Source: Lytechinus pictus
Lineage: Eukaryota
Assembly: GCF_037042905.1 (NCBI RefSeq)
Contig: NC_087251.1
Coordinates: 12,154,001 to 12,218,000, forward strand
Direction of reading: 5' to 3'
DNA length: 64,000 nucleotides
The position numbers and the translations under genes were made by a program. The notes under the pieces were generated by a model. That model ran no database searches. It saw only the letters and a program-made list of their open reading frames with translations, and was not told the DNA's origin. Shown here one piece after another: positions 35,757-50,319 of the stretch. Positions within the stretch are counted from its first letter, which is position 1. Each line of letters begins with the position of its first letter.

Positions 35757-38700
35757 CATAGAGATATATACTAATAATTAGTACCGTACGCTGCCCAATC
35801 GTCGCTCAGTTTACGCATTTTCCTTTATGTTTCATTCAATTAGCTACGATATGCTTACTTCCATATGTCATCTGAAAGCGAAAATACTGGAAAATTGTTT
35901 CATAGGATAATAATTATATGTCTTAGAAGCCCCGCTGCGTAATTCGCCGTTTTTGGCACCCCTTGCGCCTGCCCAATCGCCGCTCACCATTGCCCTAACT
36001 CCGCTCGCTTAGCGCGCGCATTCATACATGATTGTAGTTTATAAGGCCTGATACTGTCTAACTCTTTTTTCTACCCTTTTTTCTTGCACTTCTGAGTGAG
36101 AAAGTGAGTAATTTTGTTGTGATTAAATGTATTGTTTACAAGTTTTATAGTACTATACACTGTATAAAATGTTTCTTTCGCCAAGTGCAATTATTTTTAG
36201 GGCCTCAAACTTTTTGTTACTGATCTACGCCTATATATCGGTTTTTTTTATCCTCCAAACTTTATTCCGTATTTTTTATAAAATACATATTTTCAAAAAA
36301 CCTTTCCCGACAAACTTTTAACTGATTTCAATTGTCTAATAATATGAATATGATTCTAATCCATTCATGAATTTTATGAGTATATTATTATTTATTTATT
36401 TATTTCGGAAATGAAAAGTATATGAAATTGGAACAATTAATGTAATACAACATTAACAGAGTATATAGATTGAGCACCCACTGGGTCAAATAAATTACTG
36501 TTGTCAATAAAGACCATGACCCTAACCAGTGCTATAATAAAGGTGCTTACAAAAAAATCGGAAGCGGATGAGAGTCAGCATGAGCAAAAATGTTTAAAGA
36601 ACAATATATATAATAGAATAACATGCTTGATATAGTTAAGTTAACTTAATTAACTTAAAATATCAATATTGATGAATTTACATTCTTATGAATAAAACGC
36701 TATAAAGCTCTTTTAGCACATTCGCCATTCAAAGTAATCATTTTCGCCACTCATCCAACTTGAGTGCCCCCCACCCCCTTGTCGTCCCTTCCGCTCATCG
36801 CCCCCTGATGCCAGTGACCATTGATTTCCATTATTATTTTTTTATTATTAGAAATAAATTATTTGCATCCTCCTTCAGGTTCTAATTCAAATTTGTTGCT
36901 TTTACACTATCTTGACTCATTATTTATCAAGTATATGTATTCGTGTATCCCACTTTTTTGTTAACTCTTTACTTTTTCTTGTCGTATTGATATTTTTATG
37001 GGACTCTCACTGCATAATTCTTTGGAGCCTTCAACCAACAAGCTTTGCTTTTACTTTTAGCTCCCTCATATCCACATCTCTCATTTTCTTTCTTTGTCAT
37101 AATAGAACCAATTACAAGAATAAATTCTAGTATTTTTTTCTATTGTTATATTATGTACACGTTTCATATTTTTACGATGTTTATTTATGCTTATCTATGA
37201 AAACTTGTAGGCCTATTGTATAATATTATTGTTTGTATTGAATTGTTGATTTTTTGAAAATGTGAAATGTTGATGTGCATAACCTTGAACCCTGAACTCC
37301 GATAATATTTTTGGGGGGATTCCCTTATATTGACTTTCATTAAATAAAAGCTCATCTTGAAAAACAACAATAAATATTTAATCACCTCGCTGGTTTAAGT
37401 TCATATTCGAACTTCCGTCAATAATAGGAGAGGGAAAAAGGCACTCAAGAAAATTATATTTGTTCAAAATAAATTGGTCAATTTAAATCCTGTTCCGTTT
37501 TCAAACAAAACACAATAAAAAAAGGAAATCTCCAGAAACATGACAAAGTTTCATCTATTCAAATCAATCAGGAAACTATATACTGACCGAGTTCAAAAGG
37601 CCTATGATATAGGCCCATTAGTGGGAGATTTTTTCTTATTTATTCATTTAAATTCTTTATTTTATTTAGATTTATAGATATGAATCAGATAGGCATGCAG
37701 ATAATGCGTATGGGCCTACCATAAAATATATGTATCATTATAGGCTCATAAGTTATCACATATAGGCCTAATTACACATCTATTTCCATCATTCCAATTA
37801 AATTATCCCTAAATGTCATACTCTGAGTAAATAATATTGGTAATCATCAAAATATGAATACGCCACATAAAAAACCAGTATTACGATCGATAATAGCCTA
37901 GAAGACATGCCAGCCTGCATGCCAGGGGCCGCGGAACCGGGGGAGGGGCTTCACCCCAGAACAAAAAAAAAAACTATCCCTATATATCTAAGTTGTTTGT
38001 ACGTCGGTATTTAGTGATAAACATCGAAGTCTCATTTTTTAGCATTGATGACCCTACGATTCGTTATAGAGCAAGATAATTTTTGTAAAACTTTTTCCCA
38101 AACACTTTGGGCCGGGACAATGATTACAATTAAATCTCGAAATATTTATGGTGAACAGTGACAAACTCTTTTGATCATCTTTCAACATTTCTGTAAACGT
38201 CAGCTTATCTGCCTGCTCCATGATAAATCGTTGACGACCGAGGGGCTTTTATTTGCCGTCACCCTCAGCTAAACGGAGAGAGAGGGTGAGATAGAAAAGA
38301 AATCATAGGAGAAGTGAGAGAGGAAAATGTAAAAGAGTATAAAGAAGAAAAAATGGCCGCGTCGCAAAAAAGACAACGGAAGAGGTATCAATCAAGGCCG
38401 GAATAGGAAAATAATGAAATGAAAAAAAAAGAGGAAGGAAAATAAAAGGAAGAAGACAAGACGAAAATGAGAGTTGGGGGACCGACAAATACCTGTACCC
38501 TTCATTTAGAACAAAATAACTATTCAGCCTGCGCTACGCACCCGCATTGCCCGTTTGTTTCATTATTCATGTCTTGTTTTCAAGTCATTCTCGGTTTGTA
38601 ACATAAAACATCATTACAAAAGTGCTTAAAATGTCTCGTTTTTTCTCTGAATCAGGGGCGGAAATCTTTCCCAAAATTAAGTAGGGGGGGGGGGCAAGGG

Positions 38701-40141
38701 GCTGGAAAATTTGACAAGCAAAAAATTATGAATTATGACCTGAAATAAATTCAGACATTCCTACATTGTTTACACTTAATTTTCATCTCATATTAAATTC
38801 ACGAGTTGAATTAGTAAAGTAATCAGGCGTTACCATGGCAACATACCATTATCATGCATTCAAATGAACTTATATCCATGCAGAACACTCTGTTGTTTTC
38901 GATATTTAATTCAAACGAATTGGTCAAACCTATATGATTTTGGCATTTTAATTGTCATTTTCCACCATTCATCTTTTCCCACCATAATGTTGATTTATGA
39001 TGCCAATTCAATAAATGCCCCCAACGTCATTGGCCAAAGTTCCGTCATTGACCTTAAATTACCTTTGACCGTGGCATGACCTGAAACTCACTATAGGATT
39101 TTCACTGAATCCCTTATTTCGAAGTTTCATGATAGCTATAAAAACCTGTAGGCCTATTTCAAACTTATGATTACATTTCACAAACTTATCCTGTTTTAAG
39201 ATTTCAATGTTTACGACGCCGCCCGCGCGGCGCCGTCGGAAAAAGCGGCGCCCTGCATGTCTCTGCAGGCAATCAAGACAATTGTATTTTTCTGCGGGAA
39301 AGATAAGCCGTTACCATGGCAATGGATCTTTTGCAAATACTTTGATGACTTGATAGGCCTATATCTAGAAATTGAATTTGGAAGGCTTAAGAATGATAGA
39401 TTGGACCATTTAAATTGACAGGGTAATGTGCCATATTATATAGGGATCAACTTTTTTTTAAAACATATTAATCAGTTGCCATGGCAACGGCGGAAGGAGG
39501 CATTTATAAAACTGGCAACAAGCGGATTCATGTTCAGCACCATCAAAATAGAGGAAATGACACAAAAAATCAGATTCTAAAGAAAAGTCTACTTGAAAAA
39601 TTATGACAATTCCGTTTAGGCCCTATACTCTTACAATGATTATCATACATAATCAGGGTGAGCGGAGTTAGGGCAGGCTGCTATCTCAAGGTATGCCCTC
39701 GCTAATTCATTCACACAACAAATATTCATTCTAGAAAAAATTGTCATGACGACATATCAGGACCTCCCGCACCTGCGACTCTCACATTTTCATTCATCAT
39801 ATAAGAATATAACATTTTTCACTGTTTTTAGGAGTTTTTAAAGTGATTGAAAAAAAACGTAATTTGGTGCAGTTGCGGTACAGTTGATCGAAGTTCAAAC
39901 AGTTATCGGGTTACTTTACATTTAAAGCAGTATTTCACGATGATTTATTAAGGGATTGATTTTATTTTTCCACACTTTGTTTTTTCATGTAATGGTCTCC
40001 TCTTGGGTGCTTAATTATGCTAGTATACTAAACAATAAGGAATTTGGGACGAATTTAAAATGATTATCATAATAAGCAGCGTGCGCAACGCGCTTGTGAG
40101 GGTGAGCGAGAATTGGGCAGCGTACGGTATACATCTCTATG
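35757..40141. mobile_element. CATAGAGAT-terminated element (P- or hAT-type)
   Basis: CATAGAGATATATAC / TATACATCTCTATG; 8-bp TSD GTTTTGAC at 35749..35756 and 40142..40149. Confidence 0.75.
35784..40127. mobile_element. Tc1/mariner-pogo-type non-autonomous element
   Basis: TA|CCGTACGCTGCCCAAT...ATTGGGCAGCGTACGG|TA. Confidence 0.7.
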
Positions 40142-42011
40142 GTTTTGACTGACCGCGCGCATTGAAATCGCGGTCAGGGTTGTTGTATTCCCTATGGCGT
40201 ATTTGTACGGGGGAAATCTAAACCGCTCAAACCGAAATTATACAAGCATGTAGCTCTTTTGCGATATTTTCTCTGATCCTTGCTTTTGTGTAAAAATAAG
40301 GATACCTTCGTCAAGCAATTGTCTTGGTCTTTCCAATCATGTATTTTTCTTGCAACGAATTTGTTGTAAGGCTGGGGAACTAAGTGAGAAAATTATGGTA
40401 AACTTTGAAGTCGATTTTCTTAGAAATGGGTTTGCACCGTCGTATGTGTGATACGACGGTTCGGAAGACCGACGAGGACCTCTTGTACCAATTTTGATCA
40501 TTGAAACCATGTTCTAGACACCAATTCCATCTATCTCAGGTTGATATAAAATGTGCTATGTCCATTCAAAGTATCAACAGTCATTTTAAACTCCATTTTT
40601 GGAAGCCATCTTGGATTTCTGGACTCACGAGACCACTGTCCTTGTAACTTTTCCCGATATACTTCTTCACCCTTAAAAACCTTTGAATAGAAACCAAATT
40701 AAGGCCACTTAAGTAAGCTAGAAAAAACGAATCGTGGATTTTTAGCCTAATTAGGCAGCCATGGGGGGTAGAATAAAAACAAATTGAATGCCATACTATG
40801 AAATGGCATTGGAAATAATTGCTCTTGAAATATGTCAGCTTTCAAATTCATTGAAAAAATTACAGTGCCTAGAATTCGATAAGTGCTTGTCATAAGTTAT
40901 GGCGCCATCTAGTGTTGTAGTAAGGTTTTCACTGCGTAAAATCCTGAAATGGGGTTGATTTTTACATCAATTGACCAAAAATAATGATATAAATTACATG
41001 TAATATATTCCTCTGTTATTGGATTGTATAACAAGACATATTCATTTCATTTTGTAATAGTTTTGTCCTAATTCTAGTGCCAAAGAAGGAAAAATAACAT
41101 TTTGGGGGTAATATTTTACAAGTTTTGTGGCATTCACAATGTCCGCCCCCGTATGGTAAAGTGAAAAACCATTGACGTCACAACATCATCAAATATTCAT
41201 TCTTATACACTTCAGACAGCTTAAAAATAAAATTGGCGAAGAAAAGCGAGATGTAAGGTTGAAAACAATGGATTATCCTATTGGGCTTTGTACAGGCCAA
41301 AATGGCGCCAAAAAGGACCCCCCACGAAGGGAAGGAAGGGTCTGAAAATTTGAACCCCATAATTTTTGGTCTAACGGGACCCTATTGAAGCCAAAACAAC
41401 CAAAAAATCAATTTTGGCTCAAAAGTCCTACGGGAGCTGTGTCATTGACATACCGTACATTGCCTGTTATGTGATTTTCATATCTTGTTCAATATGGAGT
41501 TTAAATATCAAGTTTGGAAGTCAATATACAAAACATATTTCATCTCAAGTGCTCTGTAAATATGACAGTTTTATGGTCTGAATATTAACATTTTCCGCTC
41601 GCGCTGCGCGCTCGCAAATTTCGATTTATCAGGTACCTATTATTTTCGTGTATTCCATAAAGTTTTCAAAGTATCCCTTTTCAGGTCTGAATGTCAAAAC
41701 GTGTCAGCTAGCGCTGCACGCTCGCATTTTGATTGTATGTCTCAATATTGATTAATCCCATTTTTTAAGTTGTAAACAAAGATTTAGGCTCGCAATTTGT
41801 GCTCGCGCAGTGGTTGAAAATATATTAACTGATGCATCATATTTATGATTACAAAAGTGCTTGAAATGTCCAGTTTCAGGCCATATTATCATCAGGTTTC
41901 GCGCCCTCATTATAGGCATTAATGAATAAGATATTAATTTAATGATTAAAATTGTCCCTTTTGTTTCATCTCGCGCTTAGCAATAGGAATAGGAAGATAG
42001 TCGTCATTTTC

Positions 42012-43000
42012 GGTTCCATGACAATTGCTCCGCCGACATTTGCTCCGCCGACAATTGCTACGCAAAATACGACAAATGCTCCGCCGACAATTGCTCCGGA
42101 CAGTTGCTCCGCCGACAGTTGCTCCGTCGACACTTGCTCCGCCGATATTTGCTCCATCGACACTTGCTCCGCCGATATTTGCTCCGTCGACATCTGCTCC
42201 GCCGATATTTGCTTCCCCGACAATTGCTCCGCCGAAAATTGCTCCGCCGACATCTGCTCCGATTATACGACAATTTCTCCGCGACAATTTCTCCGCCGTC
42301 AATTGCTCCGCCGTCAATTGCTCCGTCGTCATGGGCTCAGATAACAAAATTGCACGAACATCTTACCAATTGTTTTGTTCTTATTATTCGTTTCATGTTT
42401 TATTTATTTATTTCATTCTCCCCCCCATCATCACAGCTTTCTGCTAAAAGAAAAAGTGTTCTCCCTGCCGCTGACACTTGACAAATTGTAACGCAGATTG
42501 TGAATCTGGACTTTTGTTCATATATTATTATCATTGGTTGCACTCCGGTCTTGAGCGGGGAGAGAATGTGGGGGGGGGGGTGCTGGACACAATATCTCTT
42601 CTGCTTTCCAGCAACTTATACACCATACATTCGCGCGGGCTCCCCTCTCCTCTCTCTCCCTCTTTCTCGTTTTGTTCTTTCACGCCATTTATTTTCATTA
42701 CCAGCATTATAAATTTTATCAATATTTTTTATTACGTCTTGGGCCTTATCTACCCTTGTACCTTTTTTTCTTTCAATATGTTTCAATGATCATCACTGGC
42801 GTACAGATGGGGGAGGGGCGTGCTAGGGGTCACGGATCCCCCCCCCCCCATTCTCCCTACCAATGGAAAAAAAAAGAATAAAGAAAAGGAAAATAAATGT
42901 CATCCTTGTCTGGCCCCCTCCATTTTTTTTGTTGGCTCATTATATACGCTACTGGTGAGTCATTATAAAATTAGACTTCGGTTGTATTTTGTTCTATTCT
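42012..43000 (-). mobile_element. Truncated inverted copy of the 29334..30820 element (matches ~29860..30820)
   Basis: Same 15-bp array and the same internal sequence in reverse orientation. Confidence 0.85.
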
Positions 43001-43254
43001 ATTAAAATATATTCATATTGTCGCTATTGTTCCTTTTCTGGTAAATATATCCAAAAAATTCGATTAGCGCATCACGCTCTCATTTCTTTTACGAGATATC
43101 CCCCCAGGTATGCATGTTTACAATAAAAAAAAAATGCGTATAAATAGAAAGGGGACATTTATACGCATTTTTTTTTAATTGTAAACATGAAGCATACCTC
43201 GGGGGGGGGGAGATCTCGTAAAAGAAATGAGAGTGCGATGCGCTAATATTGGAT

Positions 43255-44040
43255 ATTGGATCAAGGCCAACAAACTTTCGCTTAATCACCAGAAGACAAA
43301 CTACATGCATGCTTTTTAGTAATAAAATCAATACTCTACCAGGCAGTATTTTCTTTTATAATTTCGTTCTTAATAATGTTTCCACTACCAGATTCTTGGG
43401 TGTCCTTATTGACAACAAATCCTGGAAGCCTCATATCGATAGTATATGTAAAACAATTTCTAGAAACATTGGAATTATTAATTAACTCAAACATTTTCTC
43501 CCTTCTCGCACTTTGTTAGCATTATACTACACCCTTATTCTACTATATATTAATTACGGAATAATTGCCTGGGGATGTGCAATACAAACACAACTAAACA
43601 GAATATTACTTCTCCAGAAAAAAAAGCTCTAAGAATAATTTTTCAAACACACTTTAGATCACATACTGATATCTTATTTATTTTTTTTAATTACATTCTC
43701 AAAGTAGGTGACATATATTTTTTGGAACTTAGTCAATTTATGTTCAAATTAAGCAAGGACGATATCCCCGCTATTTTCTCAAATATGTTCCGTAAAAATA
43801 CATCATCCGTACACTGCAGCTACCCAACAAGGCACGACAATATTATCCTTCCTTTAACAAGAACTTTATTTGCAAATAATTCATATCCGGGCCTGCCTAC
43901 TGGAACTCTCTGCCTCAAGATATTAAAGAATTCCCTAATATAAATATTTTTAAACGCAAACTGAAAAAAATGTTAATTTTGCAATATTCGTTGCAAACAG
44001 GTCAAGCTGAATTTTGTGTATATGTGTATTATATGCGCTC
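43255..44040 (+). pseudogene. Degenerate 3' end of a CR1/L2-like LINE ORF2
   Basis: Motifs KANKLSLN, TRFLGVLIDN, SWKPHID, YYTLI, NYGIIAW, LQKKALRI, GP..WNSLP and FKRKLK. Confidence 0.85.
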
Positions 44041-44161
44041 ATAATATATACATATACGTATATTATTGTTACTTTTTTTCTTCTTAAAATTGCAATTAGC
44101 CAAAGTACCTGCTCCTGCTACCCGCTTTCTTTCTACGTAATGTACACTGCACTTCTCTGTC

Positions 44162-45612
44162 CAACCGCGTAGCCAGGATTTCATTTTGGAGGGGGCGGTA
44201 AATGCACACGAAGCGTGCCAACACTTACAGAGCGCGCGAAGCGCGTTCCCTAGGGGGTGGGTGCAGGGAGGGGGGGGGAGTTTCCCCCTCCCTTGCGAAG
44301 CGCGGAGCTTTCGATGTTTCATAAATTAAAATAAAAAGGAGCCGCCTCCCTTGTCTCTAGTACCTATATCAGCTCCAATTCATTTGAATATATTGTGATT
44401 TTGAGCCTTGTTTTCAAAAGTGATTGTAAAACGAACAAAAAAAGGGATAAAATGGAGGAAATTAAATAATATTAACCCTGCGCGAAGCGCGGAAGCTAAA
44501 GCGTTTTATATTTTTTTTGCAAAGAAAATGGTCCCGATAAAAGGTTATTTTATAAGTTATATTGAATACTTCCCTTGGAAAGATCAGATTTGATTACAAA
44601 CAATTTAGCGACAGTGCATATCTTAACTCGCAAAACAGAGGAGAAGAAGGATATATATGCCGGGAGGAAGATATTCCTCCCCGCGCAGAGCAATGAAACT
44701 CTGAAATTTCAAAGGGCGGACGTTTCATCAAATGCAGATATCTCTAATACCCCCATCAGCTCTAATTCAATTAATTTTCTAAGATTATTGAACTTCATTA
44801 CAAGGAAAATAGTGCGCAAAAAGTTGAAACTTCTGTGATTATTGAAATGATATAAAACAGGATGATGTATAATTTCTTTCACTTATCCTGATGCGCTTCA
44901 CTTTGAATGATAAAGAAACTTAAGTGTCATTCAAAATTTCAAACTGAGGGCGCGAAACAGGACAGGAGATGAATGTGCAGGGAAATGACATAAAGTTGAA
45001 TAGAATTTGATAAAAAAAAATATTGTACTTTTTTTATTTAATACGACAAGAATTTCATTCCTTCCTCTTTTTAAATTAGGAACCTGTTTGCCCCCAAATT
45101 ATGGTTGTTTAGTAATGAGCTGAAAAGCGGGAGAAGTTGCCTATATGGAGGTGACGGCAGAAATTGAGATAAAGATTTTACCCGCCCGGAGCCGACCCGA
45201 CCAGAATTTGCGCGATTAATAAAAAAAAAAAGATAAATTCATATACTTCGGCCTAACCTTACTCTTATTCCATGCCCTAATGTATACATTTGAACTTTAA
45301 CTGGCAAGAAACACATATAGCTGAGGTGGAAAAACAGGATTAGAGAAAGGGTGAGGGAAACAAAGGAGAACTGCAATATTGTCATTTAACCGCGCGCAGC
45401 GCGGAAGCAAAATTCATATATATAAATTTAGAACAAGAGTCACGGAGTTTCTTTTTTGAGGAAAAAATAAAGAATAAAAAGAAAAAGCTACCTTTCTTCC
45501 CTTCCCTCCCTTCGCTTTTCCTTTTCTCCTCTCTTTTTCCCTTCTTTTTTCTTTTTGGGGACGTTTTGGGGGGGGGGCGACCGCCCCCACCGCCCCCCTG
45601 GCTACGCGCCTG
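44162..45612. mobile_element. hAT-type non-autonomous element
   Basis: CAACCGCGTAGCCAGG / CCTGGCTACGCGCCTG; flanks TCTCTGTC and TCTCTGTA (7/8 TSD match). Confidence 0.7.
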
Positions 45613-47649
45613 TCTCTGTACATGTCCCTCCCCTCTTCTCCCCCTTACACCCCCTCTCTCCCTAATGTTATAAAACAAAATATTTCTCACACGATCCATC
45701 AGTTACTTTTTTTTGTAAAGTGCACAAAAATTGTTTGTGTTCATTTTTAAACAAAAGTTATCATTGAGACCCAATATTTCTTTGTTGTAATTTTGAAATG
45801 AAACTAAGTTAGGGGCTTGCCTTTTGTACAAGCTTGGCTTTTTTTCGGCAAGACCCTCCGTTTTACTTTTAAATACAAATGTCATCTTAGGTAACTCATT
45901 ATTTAGTGAATTGTGTTCCTTAAATCTAACTAAGATGTTTTAGATATTTTATTATGTCTTGCAGTATTTTCGACCTTGTTATGTAATTCTGTACAATTGT
46001 GGAACGGAAATCAATGTGGCATATATATGGCTCGACACAGACAAAAGAGTTTGTACATGTATATACCTACTACAAACAAATTAATTATTAGCTATAATGT
46101 CTATTTATGCTCAAAACGTGTATAGGGCCAACTGACTAGGAACCCTTTTTCCTTTCACATGCAGAATATGTTTGTGGTGGGTCCATGGTGTAATTCACCA
46201 TATATTTTATTATTTGAATTATACAGTTTTTCATTTTTGGGGCAGATGTTAGTTTTATCATTCTTTTTGTTGTTGCAGATTTGAGAATGAGGAGACTCTT
46301 CATCGAATTACTATGCCAATTCCACATGCGGCATTATGTTAAATGGAGGAATCAAACTTAGTTTCACATTATCCTTAAGAGAAAATTGAAATATTTCATA
46401 CTTGTAGTGAGTGATATATATCGTTGATTCACTTATTTGCATACCGACCAGGATGTGCATTTGACTGTGTTTGTGATATAAATTAAAATGTCATAACTTT
46501 CTTTATTCAACAATTGATTTTTCAGTGAAAAGCGTACAAATTTCACCAAAATTGTGCACCAAAGCCATGACTAAAAAAAGACACAAAAGCAAGTAACAAA
46601 GTGATCGAAGACATAATTTAAGGCTAATTTCTTAGCCTAATTCTATTGTAAAAAAATCAAAACGGATAATCAATGACTGGAAGGATTAGAATTAGACTAT
46701 ACAGAACACATATTAATATCGTTCAGCGTAAACCACAAATGGAATGAATTCATGTAATAATATATACAAATTTATATAACAGAATACTACCCCGCCGCCA
46801 GGGGCGGATCCAGGATTTTCCAAAAGGGGGGGGGGGGACATCTTTAGTTTCCAAGGAAAAATTTGACCAGCAAAAAAAAACACAGGTTTTTAACCAAAAA
46901 TTAATAGTTCGTCACCGAAACAAATTTACAAGCAAAAAAAAAAGAAAAAAAAGGTCTTCACTGCACACTTCTTTTTTAACTGTACGGGGAAGGGGGGCTT
47001 GAATAGTGCCACATTCGAGTTACATGCACACAGTACAGGCGATCTATACCGTAATTACTTTTACCGTATTATCAGCGAACCGTCGACCTACCAGTACTCA
47101 GTGCATGCCGAGCATGGATCCCCAATGGCAACAATACTGTGACTGAGGTGAGGATTCTTTTTATGAATACCGGTATCGACTTCACTAGGCTGAATGATTG
47201 GAGTACCTTTAGAATCCAATGTCATGAATCGATTACAAAAGAGCAATTACCTACTAATTGCTGCTGCCGGTGTGGTGCGATATCAGTTTTGTCGCCCTCT
47301 ACGTTCGTGAGTGAATTAAGAGTCCCCGGCGACAAGCAGGAATCGGATCGGGAGATGGATAAAGGATGGGGGGAGGGGGCAGATGGGGGAGGGGGGATGG
47401 CCCCGTAGAGGGAGTACACGACTTGTCCAATGTGGTGGATGTAGTAGGAGAGAGTGAAGTAATGGCAGGTGATATAATAATCAGAGGACTTAAAAAGGGA
47501 TGATATATATGAAGGGATCAAAGAGGGGGCGCGTGATCGAGGACACGTGCAATGGTATATAATTATGTTGATGATGTTGTTTAAGGAATGATATACGTTG
47601 ATATCTATATATGGATACAGAATACTTGGATACTATTATATTAAAACAT

Positions 47650-48110
47650 GTATGGATATGAATACATGGATACGTGGATACTTGGATACTATTGGATACT
47701 TGGATACTTGGATACGTGGATACGCGGATACGTGGATACTTGGATACTATTGGATACTTGGATACTTGGATACGTGGATACGTGGATACTTGGATACTGT
47801 TGGATACTTGGATACTTGGATACGTGGATACGCGGATACGTGGATACGTGGATACTTGGATATTGGATACTTGGATACTTGGATACTTGGATACTTGGAT
47901 ACGTGGATACGTGGATACGCGGATACGTGGATACGTGGATACGCGGATACTATTGGATACTTGGATACTTGGAGACTTGGATACTTGGATACGTGGATAC
48001 GCGGATACGTGGATACGGGGATCTTAGATACCTTTGGTTACATGGATACTTGGATACGCGGCTACGGGCACATGCCTACATGAAAACTTAGATACATAGA
48101 TACTTGGATA
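47650..48110 (+). repeat. GGATAC(TT/GT/GC) octamer minisatellite
   Basis: Directly visible; source of the DTWILGY pseudo-ORFs. Confidence 0.95.
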
Positions 48111-50319
48111 AGAACATCAAGGAGTTTTTGATACTCTGGAACATGGAAAACACATGAAGAAGTGCATGATACTAAGTGTACTTTTAGAACGAAGCATCAC
48201 AGACCCTAATTACCTTATTTTCAGATAATTGACATCGTCACTTTTAATCTGTATTTTTCTTGAGAGAAAAGATAGAAAAGGCTACTTTCATCAGTGAATC
48301 GTTAAAAATTGGCTGCTCTCTTTATAATTATAACGAGACATATATCAATTCCCTAAGCCCATATGATTACAATTTGACCAATTAATCTTAATCCTTTTTA
48401 GGATTAATTTTATTTAATTAAGTTGATTTCAGTAAACAAAATATAAATAAACTATTTGGATTATTATAGATTTTTCAGTCAACATAAAAGAAGGCTAATA
48501 TAATAACATGTACGAATATGCAGCTTAAAGGTCAAGTCTACCCAAAAAGTTATTGATTTGAATCAATAGAGAAATAAGAAACAAGCCAATTTCATCAAAA
48601 CGTATGTAAAATAAGAAAGTTATGACATTTGGAAGTTTTTCGCTTATATTTCGCAAAACAATTACAATCATGTACAACTCAGTGATAAGTAATAAGACAC
48701 GAGCAACAGAGAACAACAAAATAGTTAAGTAAGGGGATAATAAGAACGATATACGTTTTGGTTATATTAAAATGACCAATCAATTTCAAAACATTGGTTA
48801 CAATTCGACAATTAATTTCACTCACTCCTGTTGGTAATTGCAACGAGACACATCATAGGGCCAATATCACAATCCTTTTTTTAAACAAATTAATTTCATT
48901 CCTATGTCTTGTTATGTGAATGTCTCGTTCTGATTATAAATTATCTCATATGACTCGTTCTATTTATAATTATTGGCATATAATTTACTTCTTTTCAAAA
49001 ATTATAGAAAGAGTGAACTTGATGAAGAGAAATAGAAGAGGAATTACAGAAGGGGGAAAATAGGATAAAAGGAGAAGACGGAGGAGGAGAATGAAGAAAA
49101 ATAGGAATATGAAGTAAGGGAGTGCAATACAAAGTTTTGTGAATGATATATTGCATTATTGGCATATAATTTACTTCTTTTCAAAAATTATCTTCCTACT
49201 TATACATCCAGAAGACTATCAAGAGAGCATGGAGAACTGCAATTGTAACAGAACATCGGCATGCAATGACGCCTATGATATAATATCTCGTTTTAAGCAT
49301 GAATTGGATTAAACTTTAATTGGTGGGTTGTAATGTGAATGTCTCGTTCTGATTATAAATACGGATAAGTATTAGTCCTATATGATTCGTTCTATATCTT
49401 AATTTTTATCAAAAATGATTTTTTTTTTAAATAAATATTTTATGAATTTAGACCTAGTTAAAAATTGAATAAGTTGACCGGTTTATGAAAAGACATGACT
49501 TTCTTAGCGTTTTTTGAAATGGTGAACAGGAATGTTATATCTGACTAAACAATATTACTGATTCGAGTGCGAAGCGCGATTTAAAATATGTTATAGGGCC
49601 TATTGCGATCGGAAACTTCATATTTTAAGTACGTTTTGTACATAAATTTAGACCTAAAAACGGACATTCCTTGCTTTTTTTTGGGGGGGGTCTTGTTGTA
49701 TGCATTAAAAATTCTTTAGTAATTTACGTTAAATAATGTGTTTAATTGCCAATATTTATTATCATCTACGATTATGCTGTAACGAAAAATGCATACACGA
49801 CATACCTACAGTTACAACATCACCTTATTAATAAACTGGTAATTAGATACTGTCTTGCTCGAATGCAGTATACTGAAAATTTATCAAAATCGAATATAAA
49901 ATAAGAAAGTTATGACATTTAAAGATACGCTTATTTTCAACAATTGGAAATTTTGAAATATGACGTGCTTGCACAACACATGTAATTCGATTTAATTATG
50001 TTAAAAAATGTCACTTCAGAATTCCTTCAGTTCATTGATAAAGAACCACCTGTGAATGCCTTTGAGACTATAGGGATACCGTGTAAGATTAATACCCCAA
50101 ATTCTTGAAAGGAGGGATTAAGATTTAATAGTGATTACGTAATCTATTGAAGTTAATGACCGGCATGAACGTGAGACCGGCATGAGACGAGGAAAGAAAG
50201 ATGAAATAAAAAAAGAGAAAAAAATGTGAAAAAGGAATATAAGAAAAAACAGAAATTCAAGTTTATATTCCTAATGCATTTTAAGCACTTTGTTTGATCG
50301 TGAATGATATTTTATTAAT

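Larger units (their letters stand above)
35430..40475. mobile_element. TIR element (TCGTCGG..TC(A/T)TCCGAACCGTCGTATCA ends) hosting further insertions
   Basis: ~25-bp imperfect inverted repeat at 35430..35459 and 40449..40475. Confidence 0.55.
31344..41434. mobile_element. Large non-autonomous element with ~0.5-kb TIRs (CCCGTAGGA...TCCTACGGG)
   Basis: 31344..~31880 is an imperfect reverse complement of ~40890..41434. Confidence 0.8.
31088..42005 (+). mobile_element. hAT-like element (CATAGACGGATCCAGGGG end) split by ~10 kb of nested insertions
   Basis: 31088..31318 joined to 41459..42005 matches the reverse complement of the uninterrupted copy at ~57990..58801. Confidence 0.7.

Noticed and set aside
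38760..39290. Possible Helentron/HINE-like remnant (TGACCTT motifs, CCATGGCAAC, GC-rich 3' end)
   Set aside because: Too degenerate to define termini or classify from the sequence alone.
47598..48091. DTWILGY ORFs (also 55713..56442)
   Set aside because: Translations of the GGATACNN minisatellite.
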